Shown: positions 9,439 to 18,876, numbered from the stretch's first letter. The stretch is 33,352 nt of DNA from an uncultured Clostridia bacterium (GCA_947385945.1 CANDMY010000006.1:64001-97352), one strand, 5' to 3'. Notes: a model not told the origin generated them from the letters alone. Translations and numbers: made by a program.

Positions 9439-9912
9439 TTATTCTACCACAGTAAACTCTGAACTACACAAAACTTGCAATTGCCCACTTTTATTTCTAA
9501 TTTGTAAATTTCTAATATTACTTTCCTCATCTGGAATATCAACATTAAATTTCCAGTTCTTAGCATCTACTTCATATATTAAATGAGTAAACATAGTAGC
9601 ACTCAATATCATTTGGAAAGGTGAATTTTTTAAATCATTACAAGCAATGATATCTAACCTTGAAAAAATTAACCCTCCAATCATGATATTTTTTAACTCA
9701 TATAAATTTCCACTTGTTTTACCACCAAACCCTCCAAACGAAACACCCTTCTCTTTCAATGTTGCACCAAATCGAATCAGAATCCTTTCATCTGCTGTCC
9801 AAATAGGATAGATTGCCCCTGTATCCAACAATGCATAAATATTATTCCAATTTTTTAGCTCTACAATAGGTCTTGACTTTTCTTTAACTAAATGTAATGT
9901 AAACTGTTTCAT
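9439..9912 (-). CDS. Retropepsin-like (clan AA) aspartic protease domain protein, paralog 2
   Basis: ALLDTGAIYPIW (DTGA) plus the flap-like VSFGGFGGKTSG. A monomer of ~155 aa is consistent with a dimeric single-DTGA retropepsin. The ATG overlaps the stop of the upstream 87-aa ORF (TAATG). Confidence 0.65.
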   Translation of the reverse strand: MKQFTLHLVKEKSRPIVELKNWNNIYALLDTGAIYPIWTADERILIRFGATLKEKGVSFGGFGGKTSGNLYELKNIMIGGLIFSRLDIIACNDLKNSPFQMILSATMFTHLIYEVDAKNWKFNVDIPDEESNIRNLQIRNKSGQLQVLCSSEFTVVE

Positions 9913-10175
9913 TAAAAACCCCCCAGTACTCCTAACTGAAATACATTATCAGGTGTTGTATAAATGCCTATCAATGCACCAGAAGTTTCAAACTGCATCC
10001 AAGTTAATTCATCTTTCGATTTATTTGTATATTTCACAATAGCAGTTTTAATTGTTGCATCATTATCTTCTTCATACTCAACTTCTGTTAAACCAACCCA
10101 CTGGTTCGGGTACTTTTCTACTATTTGTTTCCAATCCAATCGCTCTTCCATTATATAAGTCCCCTTTCTTATCAA
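9912..10175 (-). CDS. Small hypothetical protein (87 aa) ending ...LGVLGGF, translationally coupled to the aspartic protease gene
   Basis: AAGGGG SD 9 nt before the ATG. The TAA stop overlaps the protease ATG. No recognisable family. A C-terminal Gly-Gly followed by one extra residue is noted. Confidence 0.5.
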   Translation of the reverse strand: MIRKGTYIMEERLDWKQIVEKYPNQWVGLTEVEYEEDNDATIKTAIVKYTNKSKDELTWMQFETSGALIGIYTTPDNVFQLGVLGGF

Positions 10176-10588
10176 ATTTTTTTCAATGATTCTTAAATTT
10201 ATCTTCTCAAAACTTATTTCTCTTTAGATTAAAATATTTGCAATATGTTCCTCCGCATTTCCATATACCGAAATTGTAATAAATATCTCCCAGTATAAGA
10301 CAAGTAACGTTTCACTTTCCTATATCCATTTATCTCATGAAACATAAACCTTCATATTTTATATACACATTACTATCTTTATAATCGTAGCGTCTACAAC
10401 AAAAAACAACAAAATCTTATATGAAAACAAATACTTTTTATATATCCTTTTAGAAACTAAATAACTCTACGATTTTGATATAATTATAGCAAAAAATAAC
10501 CCAAAATGCAATTTATTCTGATCGTCTAAACTAAAAAAGGCTTGATCATTTCTTCAAGCCTCTTTTTCTCTCTTACTTTACAGCAATC

Positions 10589-11770
10589 TTAACAGTAATA
10601 GCCCTCCAATATTGCAGTATGAACATACTGAGGGCTTAACGAATATCCACATTGACAGAAACTTTTATTCGCTATGATGTCAACAGACTCTCTTAAACCA
10701 TTCACCATACAACCTTTTACTGAATAAATATAATCTACTGCTTTTTCATTTCGGATCTGATAAGCAAGCCACCACTGTTCCTCTGATACAATTGACTCCC
10801 AATTTCCTTTCACTAAGTTACACTGTTCTACCAAATTTCCTTCTTTGTCATAAACATCCTCCCTGATTGGTTTAATTTTGGTTGCAATCTTCTTTTTTGT
10901 CATGGTATCTTCTATTTTAAACTTTCCATATAACAGATACCCCATATATTTTTCATTTCTAAGAACTCGGTTTACCTTAGATGCACTCCAACCCAAATCT
11001 CCTTTTGCTGTCAGCATCTTATGTTCAATCAAATAATTTGCAATTTTTTGAGTTCCCATACGCTTTGTTAAATCAGGATCGGTATATAAATCAAAAATTG
11101 TCTTAACAGTCAATCCATCAACTGGATCAATCCGAAAAGTATTATTCTTCCTATCCACAGCTTTTACATAAATATAACCAAATAACCCTGATACCACTAA
11201 TTGCCCTTTCTTTCTATAAGAAAGAACACCATTATTAACCCTTTTCGCCGTCCTCATTGACTCGCTCTGAGCCAATCCTCCATCAACTGACAAACGAATA
11301 ATATCTGTTTCGTCCATATTAAATGTCCAATACTTTCCATCCAGTATTAAAACTCCAATATCATATTCTTTTAACTCTTCAATTGTATTTAATAATTCAC
11401 GTAAATTCCTAGCAAATCTGCAAATATCTTGAACAATAATTAAATCGAACTCCCTTCGTCTGGCTGCTTCCAACATAAGCTGAAATGCTGTTCGATCTTC
11501 TATACTTCTTCCTGAGATACCCCTTTCTGTATATCGATGCCTTTCTTCAATTGTAAAATAAATATGCTCTTTGATCAAAGAATCTAAACGTTCCGCTTGA
11601 TTATGTAACGCCTGCAACTGATCTGGATGATTTGTAGATTCTCCGGCATATCTGGCAACTCTTAAAAGCCTATTTGTATTCAAGATATCATCAAATCTAC
11701 ACTCAAAAAAGAACTTTCTCATACTTAAAGACTCTTGTCTTTCCTTTGTATTTCTACTAAATATACTCAT
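10589..11770 (-). CDS. Serine recombinase (resolvase/invertase catalytic domain plus recombinase domain), atypical and probably degenerate
   Basis: Resolvase-like blocks LLRVARYAGESTNHPDQLQAL, YTERGISGRSIEDRTAFQLML and DLIIVQDICRFARN. The active-site box reads YAGEST instead of YARVST, so the conserved Arg is replaced. The protein is 393 aa with only a single CxC at the C-terminus and no full zinc ribbon. The ATG overlaps the stop of the upstream small ORF (TAATG). Confidence 0.6.
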   Translation of the reverse strand: MSIFSRNTKERQESLSMRKFFFECRFDDILNTNRLLRVARYAGESTNHPDQLQALHNQAERLDSLIKEHIYFTIEERHRYTERGISGRSIEDRTAFQLMLEAARRREFDLIIVQDICRFARNLRELLNTIEELKEYDIGVLILDGKYWTFNMDETDIIRLSVDGGLAQSESMRTAKRVNNGVLSYRKKGQLVVSGLFGYIYVKAVDRKNNTFRIDPVDGLTVKTIFDLYTDPDLTKRMGTQKIANYLIEHKMLTAKGDLGWSASKVNRVLRNEKYMGYLLYGKFKIEDTMTKKKIATKIKPIREDVYDKEGNLVEQCNLVKGNWESIVSEEQWWLAYQIRNEKAVDYIYSVKGCMVNGLRESVDIIANKSFCQCGYSLSPQYVHTAILEGYYC

Positions 11771-11904
11771 TATTCTTTACACTCCTTTACTAAATTTAAA
11801 GCCTGAATATAAGTATCATTATCTAAATATTTTTCCTCATACAACTTCTTCAAGAAAGCCAATATCTTAACCTTTTTTGTAACGATAGATTTTTTCTGTT
11901 CCAT
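11770..11904 (-). CDS. Small basic helical protein (44 aa), translationally coupled to the serine recombinase
   Basis: Internal ATG (MEQKKSIVTKK...) with a strong AGGAGG SD 8 nt upstream. The stop overlaps the recombinase ATG. The longer track ORF has no SD. Confidence 0.4.
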   Translation of the reverse strand: MEQKKSIVTKKVKILAFLKKLYEEKYLDNDTYIQALNLVKECKE

Positions 11905-12163
11905 ATAGTTTCCTCCTGAAAATAAGAAATGATAAGATACATTTATAAACTCAGGAAGTAACTCTATCCAAAATATCATCTAAGTTAATCTTTATATCTG
12001 ATAAAACTTACTGAACTTTAATAAACATCACTTCTATCAAATGATTTCACTTTATATATTTCATAATAATTTCATATATAAAAAGATCTCTTAAGCAGAA
12101 TGTTTCATATCATCACTCTCACTTTAGAGATCTTACATATAACTTTATATAATGTAGATACCC

Positions 12164-12490
12164 CTAACTATCTTTTGACGGATCAAAAAATGCACACTTT
12201 CCATTGACCACATCTGGAGAAAATAATCCTTCTCCACTATATTCTTTCTTTTTTATACAGGTCACTTCTCCTGCCTTACATAAAATCATTCGCTCACTCC
12301 CATAAAATGTAATTTCAGAAGTACCAACATTCTTAATTTTCAGACCTTGCAGTCCATCACTCCAATGATAAGGTTTGATCCCAAACAGCTTATCAAAATA
12401 GCGAAAATCAACTTCTCTCTTTTTCCAGTCTGTCACAAGATAAGAATCTTGAAATGTTCCCACATGAATATCAATAGGAATCTGATGCAC
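12164..12490 (-). CDS. Hypothetical protein (108 aa, GTG start)
   Basis: Open frame with GAGG 5 nt upstream of the GTG. No family recognised. Lies in AT-rich accessory DNA. Confidence 0.35.
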   Translation of the reverse strand: MHQIPIDIHVGTFQDSYLVTDWKKREVDFRYFDKLFGIKPYHWSDGLQGLKIKNVGTSEITFYGSERMILCKAGEVTCIKKKEYSGEGLFSPDVVNGKCAFFDPSKDS

Positions 12491-12966
12491 CTGACCTCGA
12501 CTATTTTTTAATCTTCCGTATTCCAGTCATTATGTGTTGATTGACTCATAATAAAATCTCCTTTGTTTTATAACTTTATCATATCATGTATACAAAGTAA
12601 TATCTATCCCATTTTATAAAAAATCTACTTAGAATCTATCTCTAAGTAGACTTTTCCAAACGGAATTTATTTCTGCTCCCTACCACTGCATACCCCTGAT
12701 AAACATGTTACAACGATATCAAACTTCTGATTGATCTATTGACTTTCTCTGTCTATGCAACATCTATATAAAAATCTTCAAAATATTCACGATATTTTTC
12801 CACTACTTTTCTTATTTCTTCATCTTTTGGCATCTCAATCTATCTCTCTTCCTTCCGATTGGGGATATATTACCTTTTATTTTACTATTTGAAAAAATAA
12901 GGCACGACAACTAGCGATAGACATATTTTAAGGCGATCAAACTAAGTATAAACCCCAAAAAAGCAA

Positions 12967-13003
12967 AAAACGACTTATTTTTTATCTAAAATAAGCCGTT
13001 TTT
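12967..13003 (-). terminator. Rho-independent terminator after prfA (bidirectional hairpin aaaacgacttatttt / aaaataagccgtttt)
   Basis: 15-bp inverted repeat with a single mismatch, flanked by A/T runs on both strands, ~70 nt past the prfA stop. Confidence 0.55.
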
Positions 13004-13074
13004 CCTGTACACCTATACATTTATACATCTATACTTTTTGCCAAACTAACAAGAATTCAGCAACAATCCGCCTT

Positions 13075-14151
13075 TTAAGCCTCTTCATTTAACTTGCTTA
13101 AGCGGATTGCCTGATCCGCTGCAATACAAGCATCTATAATCTCCTGAATCTCCCCATCTAAAATTTTATCCAATTTATAAAGCGTCAAATTAATCCGATG
13201 ATCCGTCACTCGTCCCTGAGGAAAATTATAAGTCCGAATCTTCTCCGAGCGATCCCCTGTCCCAATCTGACTGCGCCGCAGTTCTGCCTCAGCATCATGC
13301 ATCTTCTGCTGTTCTATATCATACAATTTTGCCCGCAGCAGAGCAAATGCCTTCGCCTTATTCTGAAGCTGCGATTTCTCTGTCTGACTATATACCACAA
13401 TTCCAGTCGGATAATGCGTCAGCCGCACTGCAGAATCGGTCGTATTGACACACTGTCCTCCATTCCCGGAAGCCCTCATTACATCAATCCGAATATCCTT
13501 TTCTTCAATCACTACATCTACATCCTCTACCTCCGGCATCACTGCGACCGTTACAGTAGAAGTATGAATCCGTCCCCCAGACTCTGTTTCCGGCACCCGC
13601 TGCACCCGATGTACACCGCTTTCATACTTTAACTTAGAATACGCCCCCTGTCCGGTAATCATAAAATTGACTTCTTTCATTCCGCCAATCCCGGTCTCGT
13701 CCACTCCAACCAATTCCACCTTCCAGCGATGACTCTCCGCATAATGCACATACATCCTATAAATCTCGGCTGCAAACAACGCTGCTTCCTCTCCTCCGGC
13801 ACCCGCACGAATCTCCACAATTACATTTTTATCATCATTTGGATCCTTTGGAAGCAGCAGCACCTTTAATTTCTGTTCCAACTCTTCCATCGTTTTTTTC
13901 GCTTCGGAGAATTCTTCCTTTAACAACGCCCGCATTTCCTCGTCTTTCTCCTCCTCCAGCATAGCCACACTGTCTTCCATCGTCTCCTGTGCCTTTTTAT
14001 ACTTTGTATACGTCTCAACTAAAGGAGTCAAATCACTCTGTTCCTTCATCAACTTCCGAAAGTGATTCTGATCATTGGCAACATCAGGGCGATTCAGTTC
14101 CTCCATTATCTCGTGATAACGCAAAACCAACATTTCCAGCTTATCAAACAT
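13075..14151 (-). CDS. prfA: Peptide chain release factor 1
   Basis: Start moved to MFDKLEM (canonical RF1 N-terminus; GGGAG SD 9 nt upstream), giving 358 aa. GGQ motif in [28 protein letters not shown]. Overlaps the prmC stop (ATGTTTGA). Confidence 0.9.
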   Translation of the reverse strand: MFDKLEMLVLRYHEIMEELNRPDVANDQNHFRKLMKEQSDLTPLVETYTKYKKAQETMEDSVAMLEEEKDEEMRALLKEEFSEAKKTMEELEQKLKVLLLPKDPNDDKNVIVEIRAGAGGEEAALFAAEIYRMYVHYAESHRWKVELVGVDETGIGGMKEVNFMITGQGAYSKLKYESGVHRVQRVPETESGGRIHTSTVTVAVMPEVEDVDVVIEEKDIRIDVMRASGNGGQCVNTTDSAVRLTHYPTGIVVYSQTEKSQLQNKAKAFALLRAKLYDIEQQKMHDAEAELRRSQIGTGDRSEKIRTYNFPQGRVTDHRINLTLYKLDKILDGEIQEIIDACIAADQAIRLSKLNEEA

Positions 14152-15082
14152 GTTCTGCACTCCCTTTCTTCTCTTCTCTTTCCTTCCATATTCCAAAGCA
14201 GACCCGATCCAGTCCTGCCAAATCCTTTTTTACCTGCACTTCAAAAAACCCAGCATTCTCTAAAAGAGCCGCTACTGCTTCTCCCTGATCATATCCAATC
14301 TCTAAAAATAACATTCCGCCCGGATTCAAATAATTTCCTGCTTCTTCTGCCAATATCCGATAAAAAAAAAGTCCGTCCTCCCGTCCGTCTAAAGCCAGAA
14401 CCGGCTCATACTCTTTTACTTCTTCTGTCAATGTCTCAATCACCGCAGAAGCAATATAAGGCGGATTTGATACAATGCAGTCAAAATTTCCCCGAATCTG
14501 CTCAAACATATCTGTACCGATCCACTCGATTGTTTCTGTCTGTTCCGTTAAATCGGACTGTACAACATCCTGTCTTCCTCCCCTCTTTAAAAATCCTTTC
14601 TGATATAATCTATTTTCATTCTCTCTTGCCACCTCTAAAGCCTCTTTTGACAAATCTGCTCCAACCGCATACCTAGGTGCACAAAAATACACTAAACTCA
14701 ATAAAATACATCCCGACCCGGTACACATATCCAATACCCTCTTCCCCGGCTTTAGATACTTTCTTACTTCCTCCACCAAAACTTCCGTATCCTGCCTAGG
14801 AATCAATACAGAAGCATTTACCCAAAAAGGAAGCCCCATAAACACCTGCTCCCCTGTCAGATACTGCAGCGGAACATGAGCCGCCCGTCTTCCAATCAAT
14901 TCCTGATACCGCTTTACCTGCATCCCCCCACAAAGCCGCTCTCTGTCACAGAAATACTCGGTACGGCTTATTCCCGTCACATACTCAAAAAGACACCATG
15001 CATCCCAGTCTGCATCTTCTATTCCTGCTTCTTTTAACTCTATCACTCCCTGTTTCAGCAAACTACTGAGCGTCATCCTCAT
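14144..15082 (-). CDS. prmC: Release-factor glutamine N5-methyltransferase PrmC/HemK
   Basis: NPPY motif (IVSNPPYI) and the SAM-binding [11 protein letters not shown]. Start set at MRMTLSSLL, with a GAGGAAGGA SD. Overlaps the 3' end of the DUF1385 gene. Confidence 0.85.
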   Translation of the reverse strand: MRMTLSSLLKQGVIELKEAGIEDADWDAWCLFEYVTGISRTEYFCDRERLCGGMQVKRYQELIGRRAAHVPLQYLTGEQVFMGLPFWVNASVLIPRQDTEVLVEEVRKYLKPGKRVLDMCTGSGCILLSLVYFCAPRYAVGADLSKEALEVARENENRLYQKGFLKRGGRQDVVQSDLTEQTETIEWIGTDMFEQIRGNFDCIVSNPPYIASAVIETLTEEVKEYEPVLALDGREDGLFFYRILAEEAGNYLNPGGMLFLEIGYDQGEAVAALLENAGFFEVQVKKDLAGLDRVCFGIWKEREEKKGSAEHV

Positions 15083-16061
15083 AAAATTCAAATCCTTCCT
15101 CAGCACGCATCCTATCCGCCTCTTCCTGTGAAAGATGTCCCTGTTCTACCTGCCAGCTCTTCCAATCAAACACGGCATCTACCGCCCGAATTGCCACTTC
15201 AATCATCTGATCATCTGGTTCTTTTGTGGTCAGTCTCTGCATCCACATCCCCGGTTTACTTAACAGTTCCACCAAAAGAGAATCATGATTTCCCGCAAAC
15301 CGAATAAATTCATAGGACACTCCAGCAATCACCGGTATGAGAAGCAAACGAATTACCACCCGCAAAACCGGGTTGCTGGTATGAATAAAAAAGAAAAATA
15401 CCATACTGATTACCATAACAATCAGCAAAAAACTGGTTCCGCACCGCTTATGCTGTTTCGAACTGATCCGAACATTCTCCACCGTAAGCGGAAGCCCCGA
15501 TTCAATACAATTAATACATTTATGCTCCGCCCCATGATACATAAAAGTTCTTCGAATATCCTTCATACAAGAAATCAATAAAATATATCCAATAAAAATA
15601 GCAATTCGAATCAATCCCTCTATCACTGCCATCAATTTTGTAGAAATAATATAAGGCTCCAATAAATTTGAAATAAAATACGGCAAAATCATAAATAAAG
15701 CTACTGCCGCCACCACAGAAAAACATACCGTAGCCCCCATCACCACATCTTCCGCCTTATCCTTAAATAACTGATTTAATGCTTTGTCCGCCTTTGATGG
15801 CTTGCTGTTCTCTTCCTCCTCATAAAAAGAAGCTGAAAACGTCAATGTCTTCATCCCAAGCATTAAAGAATCAATAAAACTTAACACCCCTCTTACAATC
15901 GGCAGATTTTTTACCGCTTTATTCTTTACAATCCCCTGATAGTTCTGTACCTCTACCACAATCTCCTGATCCGGCTTGCGAACCGCTACAGCATACTGCT
16001 CCTGATTTTTCATCATAATCCCTTCTATCACAGCCTGCCCGCCAATCCCCGATGATTTCAT
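15063..16061 (-). CDS. DUF1385-family protein (commonly found next to prmC/prfA in Firmicutes)
   Basis: IGGQAVIEGIMMK and YHGAEHKCINC motifs. The track ORF begins at a TTG. The real start is the internal ATG (MKSSGIGGQ), preceded by a GGAAAGGA SD. Confidence 0.7.
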   Translation of the reverse strand: MKSSGIGGQAVIEGIMMKNQEQYAVAVRKPDQEIVVEVQNYQGIVKNKAVKNLPIVRGVLSFIDSLMLGMKTLTFSASFYEEEENSKPSKADKALNQLFKDKAEDVVMGATVCFSVVAAVALFMILPYFISNLLEPYIISTKLMAVIEGLIRIAIFIGYILLISCMKDIRRTFMYHGAEHKCINCIESGLPLTVENVRISSKQHKRCGTSFLLIVMVISMVFFFFIHTSNPVLRVVIRLLLIPVIAGVSYEFIRFAGNHDSLLVELLSKPGMWMQRLTTKEPDDQMIEVAIRAVDAVFDWKSWQVEQGHLSQEEADRMRAEEGFEFYEDDAQ

Positions 16062-16132
16062 TCTATCTGTCCTTTCCAAATAAAAAATTAGGTTGAGATT
16101 CGAAAACCTCAACCCATGTCCTCATTCATTAC

Positions 16133-16342
16133 TTAGTTATTGCTTGAAAAGCCATACTTTCTGTTGAACTTATCCACACGTCCACGAGCGATATTTGCCT
16201 TCTGCTGACCTGTATAGAAAGAATGACATTTGGAACAGATTTCTACATGAATATCCTTCTTAGTCGATCCTGTTACAAACTCATTACCACAGTTGCAAAC
16301 CACTTTTGCCTGATAATATGCTGGATGGATTCCTTCTCTCAT
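16133..16342 (-). CDS. rpmE: 50S ribosomal protein L31 (zinc-ribbon, C+ type)
   Basis: [48 protein letters not shown]...[11 protein letters not shown] is the canonical L31 sequence, with CxC...CxxC. Confidence 0.9.
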   Translation of the reverse strand: MREGIHPAYYQAKVVCNCGNEFVTGSTKKDIHVEICSKCHSFYTGQQKANIARGRVDKFNRKYGFSSNN

Positions 16343-16417
16343 GTTTCTTCACCTCACAAAAATATTTTGCAGCTCTCACTGCATTTTAAATTGGTATCCC
16401 AATCTTTTTCTTCATAA

Positions 16418-16446
16418 ACAGCTTTTTTACTATACCATAAATATAC
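16418..16446 (-). promoter_or_regulatory. Putative sigma-A promoter for rpmE (-35 TTGCAT, 17-nt spacer, -10 TATAGT)
   Basis: Read on the minus strand: cTTGCATttttgtatatttatggTATAGTaaaa, ~75 nt upstream of the rpmE ATG. A small hairpin (tgcagtgagagctgca) sits in the leader. Confidence 0.45.
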
Positions 16447-16512
16447 AAAAAATGCAAGTACGAATTTTGCTTTTTTAAGGGTTTTCCTTAAAAAACAAAA
16501 AAATTGCAAGAG

Positions 16513-16629
16513 TCAAATCGGATATTTGCAATCCGCTTTGCTACTTGCTCATAACCTCATAGCTGCTATCGCAGCTTCACTTTCGCCTTGGCAGCTTAGA
16601 AGCGGGGGACTTCCTTGATGAGGTTAAAC
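16513..16629 (+). repeat. Copy C of the modular intergenic repeat (5' module + gctgctatcgcagc mini-hairpin + 3' module)
   Basis: tcaaatcggatatttgcaatccgctttgctacttgctcataacctcat agctgctatcgcagct ... cgccttggcagcttagaagcgggggacttccttgatgaggttaaac. Confidence 0.75.
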
Positions 16630-16833
16630 AAAAATAAAAGAAAAATTATAAAAAAGTATTTTCTATTTATAAAAAAGTACTTTCTATTTTTGAAAATATG
16701 TTGTATAATCAATTTTATTAGAGAAGCCAGATATTGACAATGATAATTCTAAATATATCTATCAATATAAAATATGAAGTCCAAATAATCCCGTTGTACA
16801 ATTTTATAATACATGACATGGAAAGGTGAGATT

Positions 16834-18597
16834 ATGAATTACGAAGAGATGTCTTTAGTTGAATTGAGAGCAGCAGCAAAAAAAATGGGGCTGAAAGGAA
16901 CAACTGCCATGAGAAAATCAGAACTGCTCGCATTACTAATACGTGAAAAAGAAAAAATACAAGAAGAAACTATCCTATCAGAACAAAAAGCAATTTCTAA
17001 ACCAACCATCGTACCAGAACAAAATAATTCAATAGAAAATAAAACAATAATGGAACAAAAACCTATAACCGAACAAACGATAGGAATCAAACAAAAAGAA
17101 ATTTCAGAAGAAAAATCCCCTATAAAAAAAGTTTTCGTTTTGCCTAGAGAAAATGAAGGACGTACTTATTCCAACAATTACAACAGAGAAAGCAACAATT
17201 ACAATAGAGAAAACAATAACTACAAGGAAAACAGCTACAATAAAGAAAATATCACAAACAGAGAAAACGGAAACCGAGAAATAAAAGAAAATCGAGAAAA
17301 CGGCGACAGACAGCCTCGGCAATTTCAAAACGGGAATACTCAGCGGAGGATGCAAGATACCAGTAAACGCCCGAATTTTTCAGTGGAAAATCGGGACGGA
17401 TTAGTAAATGCAGGAAGAACCGAAGACGGCACTGTTATCCAGGTAAAATCACAAGAAGAATTGGCACAGTTAGACAGCGGAATTGTAGCTAGCGGAGTTC
17501 TTGAAGTTATGACAGACGGATTTGGATTTATCCGCAGTAATAACTATATGCCAGGAGATAATGATGTCTATGTATCACCGGCACAAATTCGAAAATTAAA
17601 TTTAAAAACCGGAGATATTGTGGTAGGAAATCTTCGGGTAAGAAATCAAAATGAAAAATTCGCCGCACTGCTTTATGTAAAAAGCATCAACGGCATGAAT
17701 CCAGAAGATGCAACAAAAAGACCAAATTTTGAAGAATTAACCCCTATTTTCCCAGATGAGCGGCTGCATATGGCAACGGACACCAAAAATGTTTCTATGC
17801 GGATTGTAGATATGATGTCTCCGGTCGGAAAGGGACAGCGCGGAATGATTGTAGCTCCTCCAAAAGCAGGTAAAACTACTCTCTTAAAAGAAATTGCCAA
17901 ATCAATTACTAAAAATCATCGAGATGTCTATTTAATTATTCTCTTAATTGATGAACGTCCAGAAGAAGTAACCGATATTAAAGAATCTATTGAAGGTCCA
18001 AATGTTGAAGTCGTATATTCCACATTTGACGAACTGCCGGAACATCATAAACGAGTTTCAGAGATGGTTTTAGAACGGGCAAAGCGATTAGTGGAATATA
18101 AACAAGATGTTGTAATTTTATTAGACAGCATCACTCGTCTGGCAAGGGCTTATAATTTAGTTGTTCCGCCAAGCGGAAGAACTCTTTCCGGCGGTTTAGA
18201 TCCGGCAGCACTCCATATGCCAAAGCGGTTTTTCGGTGCAGCACGAAATATGAGAGAAGGCGGCAGTCTTACGGTGTTGGCTACGGCTTTGATCGAAACG
18301 GGAAGTAAAATGGATGATGTTATTTATGAAGAATTTAAAGGAACCGGAAATATGGAATTGACACTAAATCGAAAACTGCAAGAAAAGCGGATCTTTCCGG
18401 CTATTGATATTTTAAAGTCCAGTACTAGAAGAGATGATCTGTTATTAACAGCAAAGGAGCAGGAAGCAATGGAAGTGATTCGAAAAGCGACCAGCGGGAT
18501 GCGTGCAGATGAAGCGGTAGAACAGATTATTGATATGTTCGCTAGAACTAAGGACAATGTGGAGTTTGTACAGCAGGTAAAGCGGATGCGGCTGTAA
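16834..18597 (+). CDS. rho: Transcription termination factor Rho with a long N/Y/E-rich low-complexity (prion-like) N-terminal insertion
   Basis: N-terminal [35 protein letters not shown] (Rho N-terminal helix bundle). Walker [21 protein letters not shown] loops and the C-terminal RecA-like domain are present. The insertion at residues ~100-190 contains [26 protein letters not shown]. Start moved to the ATG with a GGAAAGGTGAG SD. Confidence 0.9.
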   Translation: MNYEEMSLVELRAAAKKMGLKGTTAMRKSELLALLIREKEKIQEETILSEQKAISKPTIVPEQNNSIENKTIMEQKPITEQTIGIKQKEISEEKSPIKKVFVLPRENEGRTYSNNYNRESNNYNRENNNYKENSYNKENITNRENGNREIKENRENGDRQPRQFQNGNTQRRMQDTSKRPNFSVENRDGLVNAGRTEDGTVIQVKSQEELAQLDSGIVASGVLEVMTDGFGFIRSNNYMPGDNDVYVSPAQIRKLNLKTGDIVVGNLRVRNQNEKFAALLYVKSINGMNPEDATKRPNFEELTPIFPDERLHMATDTKNVSMRIVDMMSPVGKGQRGMIVAPPKAGKTTLLKEIAKSITKNHRDVYLIILLIDERPEEVTDIKESIEGPNVEVVYSTFDELPEHHKRVSEMVLERAKRLVEYKQDVVILLDSITRLARAYNLVVPPSGRTLSGGLDPAALHMPKRFFGAARNMREGGSLTVLATALIETGSKMDDVIYEEFKGTGNMELTLNRKLQEKRIFPAIDILKSSTRRDDLLLTAKEQEAMEVIRKATSGMRADEAVEQIIDMFARTKDNVEFVQQVKRMRL

Positions 18598-18620
18598 ATA
18601 CGGATTTGATGGGGGAGGAC

Positions 18621-18876
18621 GCCGGGGCGGGGAAGCCATCCCTTGCCGCTGTTCCGCTCTACGGAAAGTAAGAAAGTCTAATGCCTCTGAATTTCAGTTC
18701 ATCCAACCGGACGGACCGGCACGCAATTCGCCTCTGCAGGAGGCTAAACACGTGCCTTTTTTTGTCATCAGTGATGACAAAAAATCCTGGGGAATCGACA
18801 GAGGCATAAGACTTTCTAACTTCCCTCCGAAGTCACAGCGGCAAGGGATGGCTTCCCCGCCCTGGCTGTCTCATCC
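18621..18876 (-). repeat. Copy 3 (inverted orientation) of the long imperfect-palindrome element, in its own perfect outer stem ggggaagccatcccttgccgctgt / acagcggcaagggatggcttcccc
   Basis: The core aligns to the reverse complement of copies 1 and 2, with compensatory changes. gtcatcagtgatgac at 18764-18778 replaces gccattcccgaatggc. ggcacg...cgtgcc replaces ggggtg...cacccc. The conserved single-stranded blocks caattcgcc, gctaaacac, tgaatttc and ccggacgga are retained. Confidence 0.7.

Noticed and set aside
12750-12830. Possible 26-codon minus-strand ORF (MPKDEEIRKVVEKYREYFEDFYIDVA).
   Set aside because: It is too short, has no clear RBS and sits in AT-rich non-coding DNA. It may be a remnant and is not reported as a feature.
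14062-14676. 204-aa plus-strand ORF, plus 13198-13632(+) and 13989-14288(+).
   Set aside because: They are antisense to prfA and prmC, which carry the GGQ and NPPY motifs respectively.
16691-16711. TTGAAA ... TGTATAAT upstream of rho as a sigma-A promoter.
   Set aside because: The -35-like and -10-like hexamers are only 8 nt apart. The TGTATAAT alone could be an extended -10, but there is too little evidence to call a promoter. The duplicated aaaaagta(t/c)tttctattt motif just upstream is noted but unexplained.
16839-18639. Several 60-85-aa minus-strand ORFs inside rho (16839-17090, 17104-17355, 17673-17900, 18324-18557, 18445-18639).
   Set aside because: All are antisense to the well-supported rho coding sequence, lack an RBS and show low-complexity composition.
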